Of a stretch of 64,000 nt of DNA, positions 49,482 to 58,961 are shown piece by piece. Positions within the stretch are counted from its first letter, which is position 1; each line of letters opens with the position of its first letter. The translations under genes were made by a program, and so were the position numbers. Location of the stretch: contig JAYWGM010000015.1 of the NCBI GenBank assembly GCA_043778225.1, positions 1 to 64,000 on the forward strand. The letters run 5' to 3'. The stretch is from Deinococcales bacterium (lineage in GTDB: Bacteria; Deinococcota; Deinococci; Deinococcales; JAAFIG01). The notes below the pieces were generated by a model. The model worked only from the letters and a program-made list of their open reading frames with translations. It did not search any database and had not been told where the DNA came from.

Positions 49482-49601
49482 ATCTCGAGAAGAAAGTGCG
49501 TTCGGAACTTGGAACAAAGAAAAGCACTTTTTGCAAGGTATCCGTTTCCAAATCTTGCAGAACAATTTGATCCTCTACCCAAAGCCCAAAGCTAAACTTT
49601 T

Positions 49602-50321
49602 TTACTCAAGTAAATTCCGCAACCAACGCTCGGGGGTATTCAAAAACCCTTTCCAATCGCGCAGCAACTCGAGGTCGTTGGTGCTGCTTTGGCGAATACC
49701 CCAAGCCCCAAACTCGAGCAGACTGGCATTGGGCAAAGACAATAAAATTGGTGAATGGGTGGCACAAATCACTTGCGCCCCTCGAGCCGCTAAATTGTGC
49801 AGTAGCCCAAGCAAAGCCAATTGCGACCCAAAACTTAAAGCCGTTTCGGGTTCGTCCAGCAAATAAAACCCACTCGAGTCAAAATGCTCATTAAAAATAT
49901 GCAGCAAGCGCTCACCGTGCGAACGAGAACTGTAGCCGCGTTCTTTGCGCCGAGCGCGGGTGGACTCGAGGTCGGCAATTAAATCCAACAACGTACTGGC
50001 ACGAAGAAAAAAACCTTCTGGCGAAGCATTATCTGGCGTACCAAGTTTGGTATTCCAAGCCAAAGGCGCATCCTCGAGTGAAAGTTCTGTGCCAGTGCGC
50101 CGTAAATATGGCGTGGCTGCCCCAATGCGTTTGTAGCGCACCGCAATACTCTCGAGAACCGTGGTTTTACCTGAACCGTTCTCGCCCACAAAGAAAGTAA
50201 TCGGACTCGAGAACTTTAGCCCCAAATCCCGAATCTGTTGCACTGCCGCAATGTCGTATGGATGCCGTTCGAGCCAAGGCTCTGATTCATAATTGAGTGA
50301 CTGTAAATGTAGCCGTTTCAT
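49602..50321 (-). CDS. Small ABC-type AAA ATPase
   Basis: GENGSGKT, SHGE, LDEPETALS, ATHSP. Confidence 0.88.
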   Translation of the reverse strand: MKRLHLQSLNYESEPWLERHPYDIAAVQQIRDLGLKFSSPITFFVGENGSGKTTVLESIAVRYKRIGAATPYLRRTGTELSLEDAPLAWNTKLGTPDNASPEGFFLRASTLLDLIADLESTRARRKERGYSSRSHGERLLHIFNEHFDSSGFYLLDEPETALSFGSQLALLGLLHNLAARGAQVICATHSPILLSLPNASLLEFGAWGIRQSSTNDLELLRDWKGFLNTPERWLRNLLE

Positions 50322-50334
50322 GTCCGTATTCTAC

Positions 50335-50399
50335 AAAAAAGGACGAAAGCATGAAACCTTCGTCCTTTTTACCTTTTGACCTTTTGACCTTTTGACCTT
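50335..50399. terminator. Terminator hairpin followed by (CCTTTTGA)n short tandem repeats
   Basis: AAAAAGGACGAA...TTCGTCCTTTTT, then ACCTTTTG three times. Confidence 0.65.
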
Positions 50400-51657
50400 A
50401 CTTAGTGCGTCCAGCCAACAAATCTTCGGCTTGTTTCTGGGCTTTATCAAGTGCGTCTTTGGCGCTGATTTTACCAGCCACGGCTTCCTTAATCCCAGCC
50501 TCGAGAATGTTAAAGCGAATTGCTTCCCAGTCGGACAAGCGTGGTTCGTAATCGGCGAAACGAGCTTGTTTAATCACGTTGTCAAAATCTGGGTTGGCTT
50601 TGACAAAGGTTTTGTAGTCGCTTGTTTCTTGGGCAAGGTCGCTCGAGGGAACATAGCCAGTTTGGGTGGCGAAAATGGCGCTGTTGCGGGCTTGCATCGC
50701 AAAGTTCATAAATTTACCAGCCAAGTTTTGTTGGGCTTTTGAAGCATCGTTAAAAACCACTAGGTTTGTGCCTTGGATTAAAGCAATCCCCGGAACGCCA
50801 CGTTTTGCGCCCGGTAGCGTGTTAATGCCAAGATTGAACTTGGCGGCGCTTTTGTAAAATGGCATACCCGCACTGGTGTCCAGCGCAAAGCCAAAGGTGT
50901 CGTTCAGTTGGCTGTTGATAAACCCAGAAGTAATTGGACGGGCTGCTTTTTCGGCACTTAAATCTAAAAACCATTGCAAGGCTTTGACTGCAATTGGGCT
51001 GTTGAGCTTGACTTTGCCATTTTCTTCGTATTTACCGCCAAGGGTCAGGAAAATTGGGGCAAAGGTGCTGGCGGTTGGTTGAAACCAAAAGGCTGGAGCG
51101 CCTTGGGCTTTAGAAATGGCTCTGACGGTGCTGGTGAATTCCTCGAGCGTGGTTGGCACTTTGGCATTGTATTTTTTTAAGAGGTCTTTGTTGACGTACA
51201 TTAACTGTACACTTTTGTTAAACGGCAAACCGTACAGCACGCCCTTAAAGGTCGCAGCCTCGATAAAGCGTTTTTGTAAGTATTGGGTACGAACGCCAAC
51301 CGTTTTGAGGTCGGTCAGTTTATCTGCCTCGAGATACAAAGCAATGTTGTTCTCAAAGGCTTGTGCCATTGCTGGAACTTTACCAGCCGCAAAGCCAGCT
51401 TTGAGTTTGGTGGATAAATCGCCATAACCGCCCTGTGGAATTGGCAAAATACACGCACCATCCGAAGTTTTATTAAACTCGGCAGCCAGTGCATTTAAGA
51501 CATTTTGCTGCACCGCATCGCGGAAACCATGCCAAAATTCGGCAACCGTCGTGGCTTTGGCACACTGGGCTTTAACCACATCGGCGGGGGTTTGTTGCGC
51601 CCAAGTTGTGGCGGCGGCAATCACACCGAACGCACCTAAAATAGCAATCTTTTTCAT
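50398..51657 (-). CDS. ABC transporter substrate-binding protein (sugar / glycerol-phosphate family 1)
   Basis: Signal peptide MKKIAIL, EFWHG, YGLPFNKS, TGYVP. Confidence 0.9.
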   Translation of the reverse strand: MKKIAILGAFGVIAAATTWAQQTPADVVKAQCAKATTVAEFWHGFRDAVQQNVLNALAAEFNKTSDGACILPIPQGGYGDLSTKLKAGFAAGKVPAMAQAFENNIALYLEADKLTDLKTVGVRTQYLQKRFIEAATFKGVLYGLPFNKSVQLMYVNKDLLKKYNAKVPTTLEEFTSTVRAISKAQGAPAFWFQPTASTFAPIFLTLGGKYEENGKVKLNSPIAVKALQWFLDLSAEKAARPITSGFINSQLNDTFGFALDTSAGMPFYKSAAKFNLGINTLPGAKRGVPGIALIQGTNLVVFNDASKAQQNLAGKFMNFAMQARNSAIFATQTGYVPSSDLAQETSDYKTFVKANPDFDNVIKQARFADYEPRLSDWEAIRFNILEAGIKEAVAGKISAKDALDKAQKQAEDLLAGRTK

Positions 51658-51729
51658 TTTACTCCTTTTTTCTACTGGCTCGAGCCTCCTCGAGCAACAC
51701 CTGTACTCTAGCATTTGACTTAACCCTTG

Positions 51730-52356
51730 TCAGGTCTTGGTCAGATGCTCAAACTGAGCAATCAGCAGCGCACACCCAGACTCGAGGCTGACGGTTATTG
51801 CGCCAAGTGCGATGTTAGAAATCCCAAGGCTCGAGCCAACCCCCAAGCTAGATTGCTCGAGATTCCATTTTGCCCCAGACAGCCTTAAACCAACACAAGG
51901 CTCGAGTGCCAACAAACTAAAAGTCTGGTTTGGCTCGAGGGCAATTCGGTGCTGCGTGGTAATCACCCAGCCAGCTTCATTGCCACTCTCGAGCGCTATT
52001 TCAAAACCGTTTTGCGATTCTCGAGCCGCCAAAAGAGCGATTGCCAGTGCATGGTCAAAGCGTCCGCCAAATGCGCCAAGAATCATGGTGCTGGTTGCTC
52101 CAAGGCTTTTAGCGCAAATCAGGGCTAACTCGAGGTCGGTCATGTCTTTTTCTTTGGGAAAGGTCTGGCGCGGTGCATTTAAGACAATCCCATCGCTCGA
52201 GTCAAAATCGCCAACCCACTGGGTGACGGTTAAGCCTAGGGCAATCGCGTGTCGCGCTCCGCCGTCGGCGGCAATCACAAGGCTGGCGGCTTGTGCCAAG
52301 GCTTGCACTCGAGGCGTAACGCTCAGGTGTCCAGCCGCAAGGATGATGGCGTGCAT
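51730..52356 (-). CDS. thiN: Thiamine diphosphokinase
   Basis: AADGG, GDFDS, EKDMTD, GGRFDH, GISN. Confidence 0.92.
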   Translation of the reverse strand: MHAIILAAGHLSVTPRVQALAQAASLVIAADGGARHAIALGLTVTQWVGDFDSSDGIVLNAPRQTFPKEKDMTDLELALICAKSLGATSTMILGAFGGRFDHALAIALLAARESQNGFEIALESGNEAGWVITTQHRIALEPNQTFSLLALEPCVGLRLSGAKWNLEQSSLGVGSSLGISNIALGAITVSLESGCALLIAQFEHLTKT

Positions 52357-52359
52357 GAT

Positions 52360-52833
52360 TTATTTTCTTTTGATACTCGGTTTTTCGTCCTCGCCTATTT
52401 CAAGGTTTTGAATCGCCGAGACAAAATCTTGGACATTATCAAAATCCTTGTAGACGCTGGCAAAGCGAATATACGCCACATCGTCGATGCCATGTAAAAA
52501 CTTCATGGCACGACGACCAATTTCGACACTCTGGATTTCGGTATCGCCAAAACCGTCCTCGAGACTAAAGGCAAACGCCCGCAAGCGCTCGGCATCCACT
52601 GGGCGTTTTTCGCAAGCGATAATTAAACCACGCAGTAATTTGTCTGGGTCAAAAGTTTCTTTGCGCCCAGAGCGTTTCAGTACGGTTAAAGGCTCAAATT
52701 GGGCGCGTTCATAACTGGTAAAGCGATAAGCGCAATTTGGGCATTCGCGCCTGCGGCGAATACTTGCGCCTTCGTCGGATGGACGCGAATCTACCACTCG
52801 AGTATCTGGATGCTGACAACGAGGACATTTCAT
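52360..52833 (-). CDS. nrdR: Transcriptional repressor NrdR
   Basis: MKCPRC, IRRRRECPNC, AYIRFASVY. Confidence 0.97.
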   Translation of the reverse strand: MKCPRCQHPDTRVVDSRPSDEGASIRRRRECPNCAYRFTSYERAQFEPLTVLKRSGRKETFDPDKLLRGLIIACEKRPVDAERLRAFAFSLEDGFGDTEIQSVEIGRRAMKFLHGIDDVAYIRFASVYKDFDNVQDFVSAIQNLEIGEDEKPSIKRK

Positions 52834-53582
52834 TCTAAAAACTCCCGTGGAATGATTTTTTTGCGCTCAGGCAAGACCGATAATTTAACCCCGATGGTTT
52901 GACCCGTAATCCCTCTGGCGGCTGGCAGTGCTAAACTGAGCGCACTTTCGCCAAGCCGAGCATCAAAATCCACACCGCCCGAAATCCTCGAGGGGACAAG
53001 CGCATTGGTTCGCACCCCCATATCGGATAAGCCACCAACAATGCCCGATAAATACGCCCGTAAGCCTCGGGTGTGCGGTTCGTTGTTGTCCGAGGGTGGC
53101 AAGACCAAGGTTGCCCAAGCGTTGGGCGCACGGCGCATCAGGGCTTGCATCACCAAATAACTCGAGCGGGCTTGAACTTCAAACATTTCGTTAAACTCCG
53201 ATTCGGTCAGTTTCTTAAAAGGGGTGATGCTGACTCCATCGGCAATATGCACCAGTCCCGAAATACTGCCGTAAATCTCGAGAATTTTATCAAAAACTTT
53301 TTTGACCTCGAGTTGCACGGCGGTATCACCCTTGACCGGAATGGCTTCGATGCCCAAGCGCTCGAGTTCGGCAGCGGTCTGCGAAGCCGCTTCTGGGTTT
53401 GGGTCTATTGCCACCACCGTTGCCCCAGCCAAGCCCAAGGCTCGAGCAATGCTGTGTCCAAAGCCACGACCTGCACCGCTTACGGCAATAACCGTGTCTG
53501 CCAAGGGTTTGGCGGCAATTGGACTGGGAGGGAATGTTTGTATCACGCCGTTATCATACTCATATCTGTGGGTGCTTGCCAA
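52830..53582 (-). CDS. SDR-fold protein (no clear YxxxK)
   Basis: VSGAGRGFG, ITGQTI; the catalytic Tyr/Lys pair is not evident. Confidence 0.8.
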   Translation of the reverse strand: MASTHRYEYDNGVIQTFPPSPIAAKPLADTVIAVSGAGRGFGHSIARALGLAGATVVAIDPNPEAASQTAAELERLGIEAIPVKGDTAVQLEVKKVFDKILEIYGSISGLVHIADGVSITPFKKLTESEFNEMFEVQARSSYLVMQALMRRAPNAWATLVLPPSDNNEPHTRGLRAYLSGIVGGLSDMGVRTNALVPSRISGGVDFDARLGESALSLALPAARGITGQTIGVKLSVLPERKKIIPREFLE

Positions 53583-53633
53583 ACTCGAGTAAGCGTGTTA
53601 CACTCCCAAAGCTCGAGTAGAGCAATCCCAAGA

Positions 53634-53709
<76 letters not shown>

Positions 53710-53712
53710 GAG

Positions 53713-53739
53713 TAAAACCCGCTCAGAGCGGGTTTTTTT
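53713..53739 (+). terminator. Terminator after tRNA-Ala
   Basis: AAAACCCGCTC-A-GAGCGGGTTTTTTT. Confidence 0.85.
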
Positions 53740-53829
53740 ATTTTAAATTGTCCTGATACTTTATCAGGCTTTAAAAAATAACTCGTTATTAGACGCGAGA
53801 AAGTGTTTTTTCTGCAATAATGCCGAAAT

Positions 53830-55419
53830 ATGGAAACTACAGACAGGCAGTTTGAAAGTATCCTCTGGGCAGCCGCCGATAAATTACGCGGTCATATGGA
53901 TGCAGCCGAATACAAGCACGTTGTTCTCGGCTTGATATTCCTGAAATACATTTCGGATGCCTTTACAGGTCAATATGAAAAAATTAAACAAGAATTTGGC
54001 ATACAAGCAGCCGAAGATCGAGACGAATACGCAGCCGAAGGTATTTTTTGGGTTCCGCCCAAAGCTAGATGGGTTTACTTACAAGAAAATGCCAAAGACC
54101 CCAAAATAGGCGCACTGATAGACCAAGCAATGGAATTACTCGAGACCGAAAACCCAAAGCAATTAAAAGGAGTTCTGCCCAAGGATTTTGGACGACCTAC
54201 ACTAGACAAAACCAAACTAGGCGAACTGATAGACCAATTCAGCAACCTAAAAATGGCAGCCACAGAAAACAATACCAACACAGACCCCACAAAGAAAAAC
54301 TCGAGCAGCAAAGATATGCTCGGGCGAGTCTACGAATACTTCCTATCCAAATTTGCCAGTGCCGAAGGTAAACTCGGTGGGGAATTCTACACACCCACCA
54401 GCGTAGTACGGGTCATTGTCGAAATGCTCGCACCATACAAAGGACGCATCTACGACCCTGCCTGCGGCTCAGGTGGAATGTTTGTCAATAGCGAAAAATT
54501 CGTCGAAGCCCACGGTGGAAAAATAGGCGATGTCAGCATCTACGGACAAGAAAGCAACCCCACAACATGGAAACTCGCCAAAATGAACCTTGCCATTCGC
54601 GGACTAGAAGCCAACCTAGGCACACAAAACGCCGATACCTTCCACAACAACCAGCACCCAGACTTACGCGCCGATTACATCCTTGCTAATCCACCCTTTA
54701 ATATCTCCGATTGGGGCGGCGAAAACCTACGCCAAGACCAACGCTGGCAACACGGCACACCACCCAGCAGCAACGCCAATTACGCATGGATGCAGCACAT
54801 GATTTACCACCTTGCACCAAATGGCATTGCAGGATTTGTCCTTGCCAACGGTTCACTCAGCAGCAACTCGAGCGGTGAAGGCGACATTCGCCAAAAAATA
54901 ATCGAAGCTGACTTTGTAGACTGCATTGTATCCCTACCCGGACAACTCTTTTACACCACACAAATACCAGTCGCTCTTTGGTTCTTAGCCCGCAACAAGA
55001 AAAACGGACGAGGACTCGAAGGACGCACCCTCCGCGACAGAAGCCACCACACCCTATTCATAGACGCACGAAAACTCGGATACATGGAAACTCGAGTCAA
55101 CCGCAATTTTACCGACACAGACATTGCCCAAATAGCCGATACCTACCACAACTGGCGCGGCGACGGACAACAACAATACACAGACCAAGCCGGATACTGC
55201 AAAAGTGCAAACCTTGAAGAAATCAAAACCCACGGGTATGTTCTAACCCCCGGACGATACGTTGGCATAGAAGCCCAAGTACCAGACAGCGAACCATTTG
55301 AGCAAAAAATGCAACGCCTCACCCAACAACTCCAGACCCAATTTGAACAAAGCACCATTCTCGAGCAACAAATCAAAAATAATCTGGAGAAACTAGGCTA
55401 TGCCCTACAACCCAAATAA
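53830..55419 (+). CDS. hsdM: Type I RM methyltransferase subunit
   Basis: [29 protein letters not shown]. Confidence 0.96.
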   Translation: METTDRQFESILWAAADKLRGHMDAAEYKHVVLGLIFLKYISDAFTGQYEKIKQEFGIQAAEDRDEYAAEGIFWVPPKARWVYLQENAKDPKIGALIDQAMELLETENPKQLKGVLPKDFGRPTLDKTKLGELIDQFSNLKMAATENNTNTDPTKKNSSSKDMLGRVYEYFLSKFASAEGKLGGEFYTPTSVVRVIVEMLAPYKGRIYDPACGSGGMFVNSEKFVEAHGGKIGDVSIYGQESNPTTWKLAKMNLAIRGLEANLGTQNADTFHNNQHPDLRADYILANPPFNISDWGGENLRQDQRWQHGTPPSSNANYAWMQHMIYHLAPNGIAGFVLANGSLSSNSSGEGDIRQKIIEADFVDCIVSLPGQLFYTTQIPVALWFLARNKKNGRGLEGRTLRDRSHHTLFIDARKLGYMETRVNRNFTDTDIAQIADTYHNWRGDGQQQYTDQAGYCKSANLEEIKTHGYVLTPGRYVGIEAQVPDSEPFEQKMQRLTQQLQTQFEQSTILEQQIKNNLEKLGYALQPK

Positions 55420-55548
55420 ACACCACCAACAAGGCATCAGATGATAAAAACCACGAAATTTATAATTTGGGTTTGAATAATTTTTTTGTAACTCGAGCCA
55501 AAACAAGTGATCAACAGCGAATTGATAATTTACCCTAAGGATTCTAAT

Positions 55549-56616
55549 ATGGCGCTTACACGCAAAAAAAACACAACTAAACCAGTAACTCAGGGTTTAC
55601 AAGGTTACGAAGTATTCATTAAAGAATTAAAACATTACATTCAACAAACCCAAGTGCGTGTCGCCATGACCGTTGGGCGCGAAGTATCCCAGCTTTACTG
55701 GCAAGTAGGTCAAAAATTTGTACTTGCCCAACAACAACATCAATGGGGCGATAAGATTTTAGAACAAGTTGCGGCTGATCTAAAAACAGCTTTTCCTGGG
55801 GTACAAGGTTTTTCAAAAGCCAATTTATACCGCATGAGAGCCTTTTTTTTAGCTTATCAAGATCAGAATTCAATTGTCGCACAAGCTGTGCGACAATTGC
55901 CTTGGGGTCATAATGTTGTTTTGTTACAAAAAATTAAAAATCCTAACGAACGGTTATGGTACGCACAGCAAATTCTCGAGTTTGGAATGAGTCGTTCAAT
56001 ACTAGAATTACAAATTCAAAATGGGCTATATCACCGGCAAGGTAAAGCCCTGACTAATTTTTCGACCACATTACCACCACTTCAATCTGATTTAGCGCAA
56101 CAAATTCTGAAAGACCCCTATAATTTCGATTTTTTAACCCTAGGTCAAGATGCCCATGAATTATCACTTGAACGAGGTTTACTCGAGCATCTGAAATTAT
56201 TTTTACTTGAACTTGGTGTTGGCTTTGCTTTCGTGGGAAGTCAATATCATCTCGAGGTGGGTGCAGAAGATTTTTATATTGACTTATTATTTTATCATTT
56301 GAAATTACGGGCTTTTATTGTGATTGAACTTAAAGCCCGAGAAGTAAAACCTGCCGATATAGCCCAAGTAATGGGTTACGTGGCTGTCGTGGATGAACAA
56401 TTGCGACATGAATCGGATGCGTCTACAATTGGTTTGGTTTTAGGTAAGGGCAAAAAATCGGTTATGGCAGAGTACGTTCTAAAAAATGTTAAAGCTCCGA
56501 TTGGAATTGCTGAGTATTTTACAGCCGAGACGTTACCAAATGACCTCGAGGCGGATTTGCCAAGTGTGGAGTTGCTTGAGGCGGAATTGGCTAAGTTGGG
56601 TGGTCTGGATGAATAA
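55549..56616 (+). CDS. YhcG/DUF1016 PD-(D/E)XK nuclease family protein
   Basis: GFSKANLYRMR, LPWGHN, KDPYNFDFL, IDLLFYHLKLR..VIELK. Confidence 0.92.
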   Translation: MALTRKKNTTKPVTQGLQGYEVFIKELKHYIQQTQVRVAMTVGREVSQLYWQVGQKFVLAQQQHQWGDKILEQVAADLKTAFPGVQGFSKANLYRMRAFFLAYQDQNSIVAQAVRQLPWGHNVVLLQKIKNPNERLWYAQQILEFGMSRSILELQIQNGLYHRQGKALTNFSTTLPPLQSDLAQQILKDPYNFDFLTLGQDAHELSLERGLLEHLKLFLLELGVGFAFVGSQYHLEVGAEDFYIDLLFYHLKLRAFIVIELKAREVKPADIAQVMGYVAVVDEQLRHESDASTIGLVLGKGKKSVMAEYVLKNVKAPIGIAEYFTAETLPNDLEADLPSVELLEAELAKLGGLDE

Positions 56617-56646
56617 TTTTTTTGTGGCTCGAGCCAAGGCGAATTT

Positions 56647-57918
56647 ATGAACAATGTAACTGTATACCGTTTCTCTGATTTATTTGAGAAAATAGTTGAT
56701 AATCGAGGTAAGACAGTACCGACTGAAGATTCTGGGATGCCGCTAATCGCAACGAATTGTATTAAAAATGATTCGTTGTATCCTGTATACGAAAATGTCA
56801 GGTTTATTTCTGATGAGACGTATAAAACTTGGTTTCGTGGACATCCAGAACCTAATGATCTAATTTTTGTTTTGAAAGGCTCACCGGGGCGCGTATGTAT
56901 AGCCCCTGATCCAGTAGATTTTTGCATTGCACAGGATATGGTGGCTTTACGTCCTGACGATACGAAAGTTTATTGGAAATTTTTATTTGCTCTTTTAAGA
57001 TCATCAGAAATGCAGTCTAAGATTGGGAATATGCACGTTGGCACTTTAATTCCACATTTCAAAAAGGGTGATTTTGATAATTTGTATTTGTCTATTCCAG
57101 ATAGAAAAACTCAAGAATTTATTGGGGATTTATATTTTTTAATCTCGAGTAAAATCGAATTGAACCGTGCTACCAATGCTACGCTCGAGGCTTTGGCGCA
57201 AACCCTTTTCAAATCTTGGTTTGTGGATTTTGATATTGTGAAAGCCAAAGCGCTTGGTCTCGAGCCAAAGGGTGTGGATGCCAGTACAGCCGCATTATTT
57301 CCAAGTGCTTTTGTTAGCTCGAGCATGGGCGAAATTCCAGAAGGCTGGGAAATAAGAGGAATAGATAGTATTGCAGATTTTTTGAATGGTCTTGCGATGC
57401 AAAAATACCCTCCAAAAAGCAATTTGTCATTACCTGTTATTAAAATTGCCCAACTTCGTAAAGGTGATACTGTCGGCGCTGACCGAGCGAGTACAGAATT
57501 GCCAGAAGATTACATTATACAAGATGGAGACGTACTTTTTTCATGGTCGGGAAGTCTGGAAGTCGTGATGTGGACAGGTGGAATTGGCGCACTGAATCAG
57601 CATTTATTCAAAGTTACTTCTCAGGAATACCCAAAATGGTTTTATTACCTTTGGACGCTCGAGCATTTAGCGGAATTTAGACATATTGCCGAAAGTAAAG
57701 CAACGACAATGGGACATATCCAAAGAAAACATTTGAGCCAAGCTCGAGTGAATGTCCCGCCTCGAGAAATCCTTGATAAGCTCGGAGCAATTTTAGAACC
57801 GCTTGTTGAAAATATGTACTTAAATAACCTTGAATCTAAACGACTTACCACTACTCGAGATTCGTTGCTTCCTAAGTTGCTGTCTGGGGAAATTGAAGTT
57901 GGAGACATAATCATATGA
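56647..57918 (+). CDS. hsdS: Type I RM specificity subunit
   Basis: Two TRDs, central KIELN...LEALAQTLFKSWFVDF...IPEGW, C-terminal RDSLLPKLLSGE. Confidence 0.94.
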   Translation: MNNVTVYRFSDLFEKIVDNRGKTVPTEDSGMPLIATNCIKNDSLYPVYENVRFISDETYKTWFRGHPEPNDLIFVLKGSPGRVCIAPDPVDFCIAQDMVALRPDDTKVYWKFLFALLRSSEMQSKIGNMHVGTLIPHFKKGDFDNLYLSIPDRKTQEFIGDLYFLISSKIELNRATNATLEALAQTLFKSWFVDFDIVKAKALGLEPKGVDASTAALFPSAFVSSSMGEIPEGWEIRGIDSIADFLNGLAMQKYPPKSNLSLPVIKIAQLRKGDTVGADRASTELPEDYIIQDGDVLFSWSGSLEVVMWTGGIGALNQHLFKVTSQEYPKWFYYLWTLEHLAEFRHIAESKATTMGHIQRKHLSQARVNVPPREILDKLGAILEPLVENMYLNNLESKRLTTTRDSLLPKLLSGEIEVGDIII

Positions 57919-58961
57919 AGTTTCTTCAGGCAGAATTTGAACAAGATTTACTCGCAGAGATTGATGATAGTGGAGCAATCCGTATTGGCGAATCTTTATT
58001 TAGTCCTGTTGATATTTTGAGTAGTGACCAAGAAGCGTATGAAAACGAACTGACACTGTGGCGATCAGAGGTGTGGTTGCCACCAAAACTCGAGAAATTA
58101 AAGAAAATTCTTGAACTTGAAAATAACCAGCATCGGTTTGCAGATTTACTCGAACTCTTATTACGGAACAAAGTTGTCCCATTTGTTGGTTCTGGTATGT
58201 CCGCTTCTTCAAGTATGCCAATGTGGACAAAGTTTTTATGGCAACTTCAAACACAATCTACTTTGGCTGCAACAGATCTACAGGCTATGATTGATGCTGG
58301 GAATTATGAAGATGCGGCTTCGGCACTGATTGCTAATATGCCCAATCCACTATTTAACGAAAAGTTAGAGCAGACATTTCGAGCAAGACAATTAGATAAT
58401 GTTGTAGGTGCGGTCAAGTACCTACCACGTATTTTTGCTTCAACTGTTGTAACTACAAATTATGACAACATTTTAGAATTGGTTTTTCAGGATTTGGAAA
58501 TTGAATTTGACGAAATTTTATTTGGGAAACGAATAGAAGACCACTCAGAGTTTCGTCGTAATGAACAACGTTGCTTATTGAAATTGCATGGCGATTTTAG
58601 AAGACCATCTACTCGAGTTTTAACTAAGCCTGAGTACGACTCATGTTATCAAGAGGGTAGTGCTTTCAAAGCAGAATTATCTCTTATTTATCAGGCAAAT
58701 TCATTGTTGTTTCTTGGCTGTAGTTTACAGAATGACCGAACAGTTTCTTTGTTGGCTGAGGTTGCATCAAGAGACCCAACTATGCCACGTCATTATGCTT
58801 TTTTGGCTTCACCAGACACCCCAGAAGATAGAATAAGACGTGAACATTTTTTAACAGACCGAAAAATTTTTCCTATCTGGTATCCTGTTTTAGAACATAA
58901 TCACGATGAACCAATCGAAGCGCTTTTAATCGGTTTAATGCAAGGTTTAGGGAAAATATGA
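57915..58961 (+). CDS. SIR2-like (SIR2_2) domain protein with an acidic N-terminal extension
   Basis: VPFVGSGMS...[33 protein letters not shown] overlaps at both ends. Confidence 0.9.
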   Translation: MKFLQAEFEQDLLAEIDDSGAIRIGESLFSPVDILSSDQEAYENELTLWRSEVWLPPKLEKLKKILELENNQHRFADLLELLLRNKVVPFVGSGMSASSSMPMWTKFLWQLQTQSTLAATDLQAMIDAGNYEDAASALIANMPNPLFNEKLEQTFRARQLDNVVGAVKYLPRIFASTVVTTNYDNILELVFQDLEIEFDEILFGKRIEDHSEFRRNEQRCLLKLHGDFRRPSTRVLTKPEYDSCYQEGSAFKAELSLIYQANSLLFLGCSLQNDRTVSLLAEVASRDPTMPRHYAFLASPDTPEDRIRREHFLTDRKIFPIWYPVLEHNHDEPIEALLIGLMQGLGKI

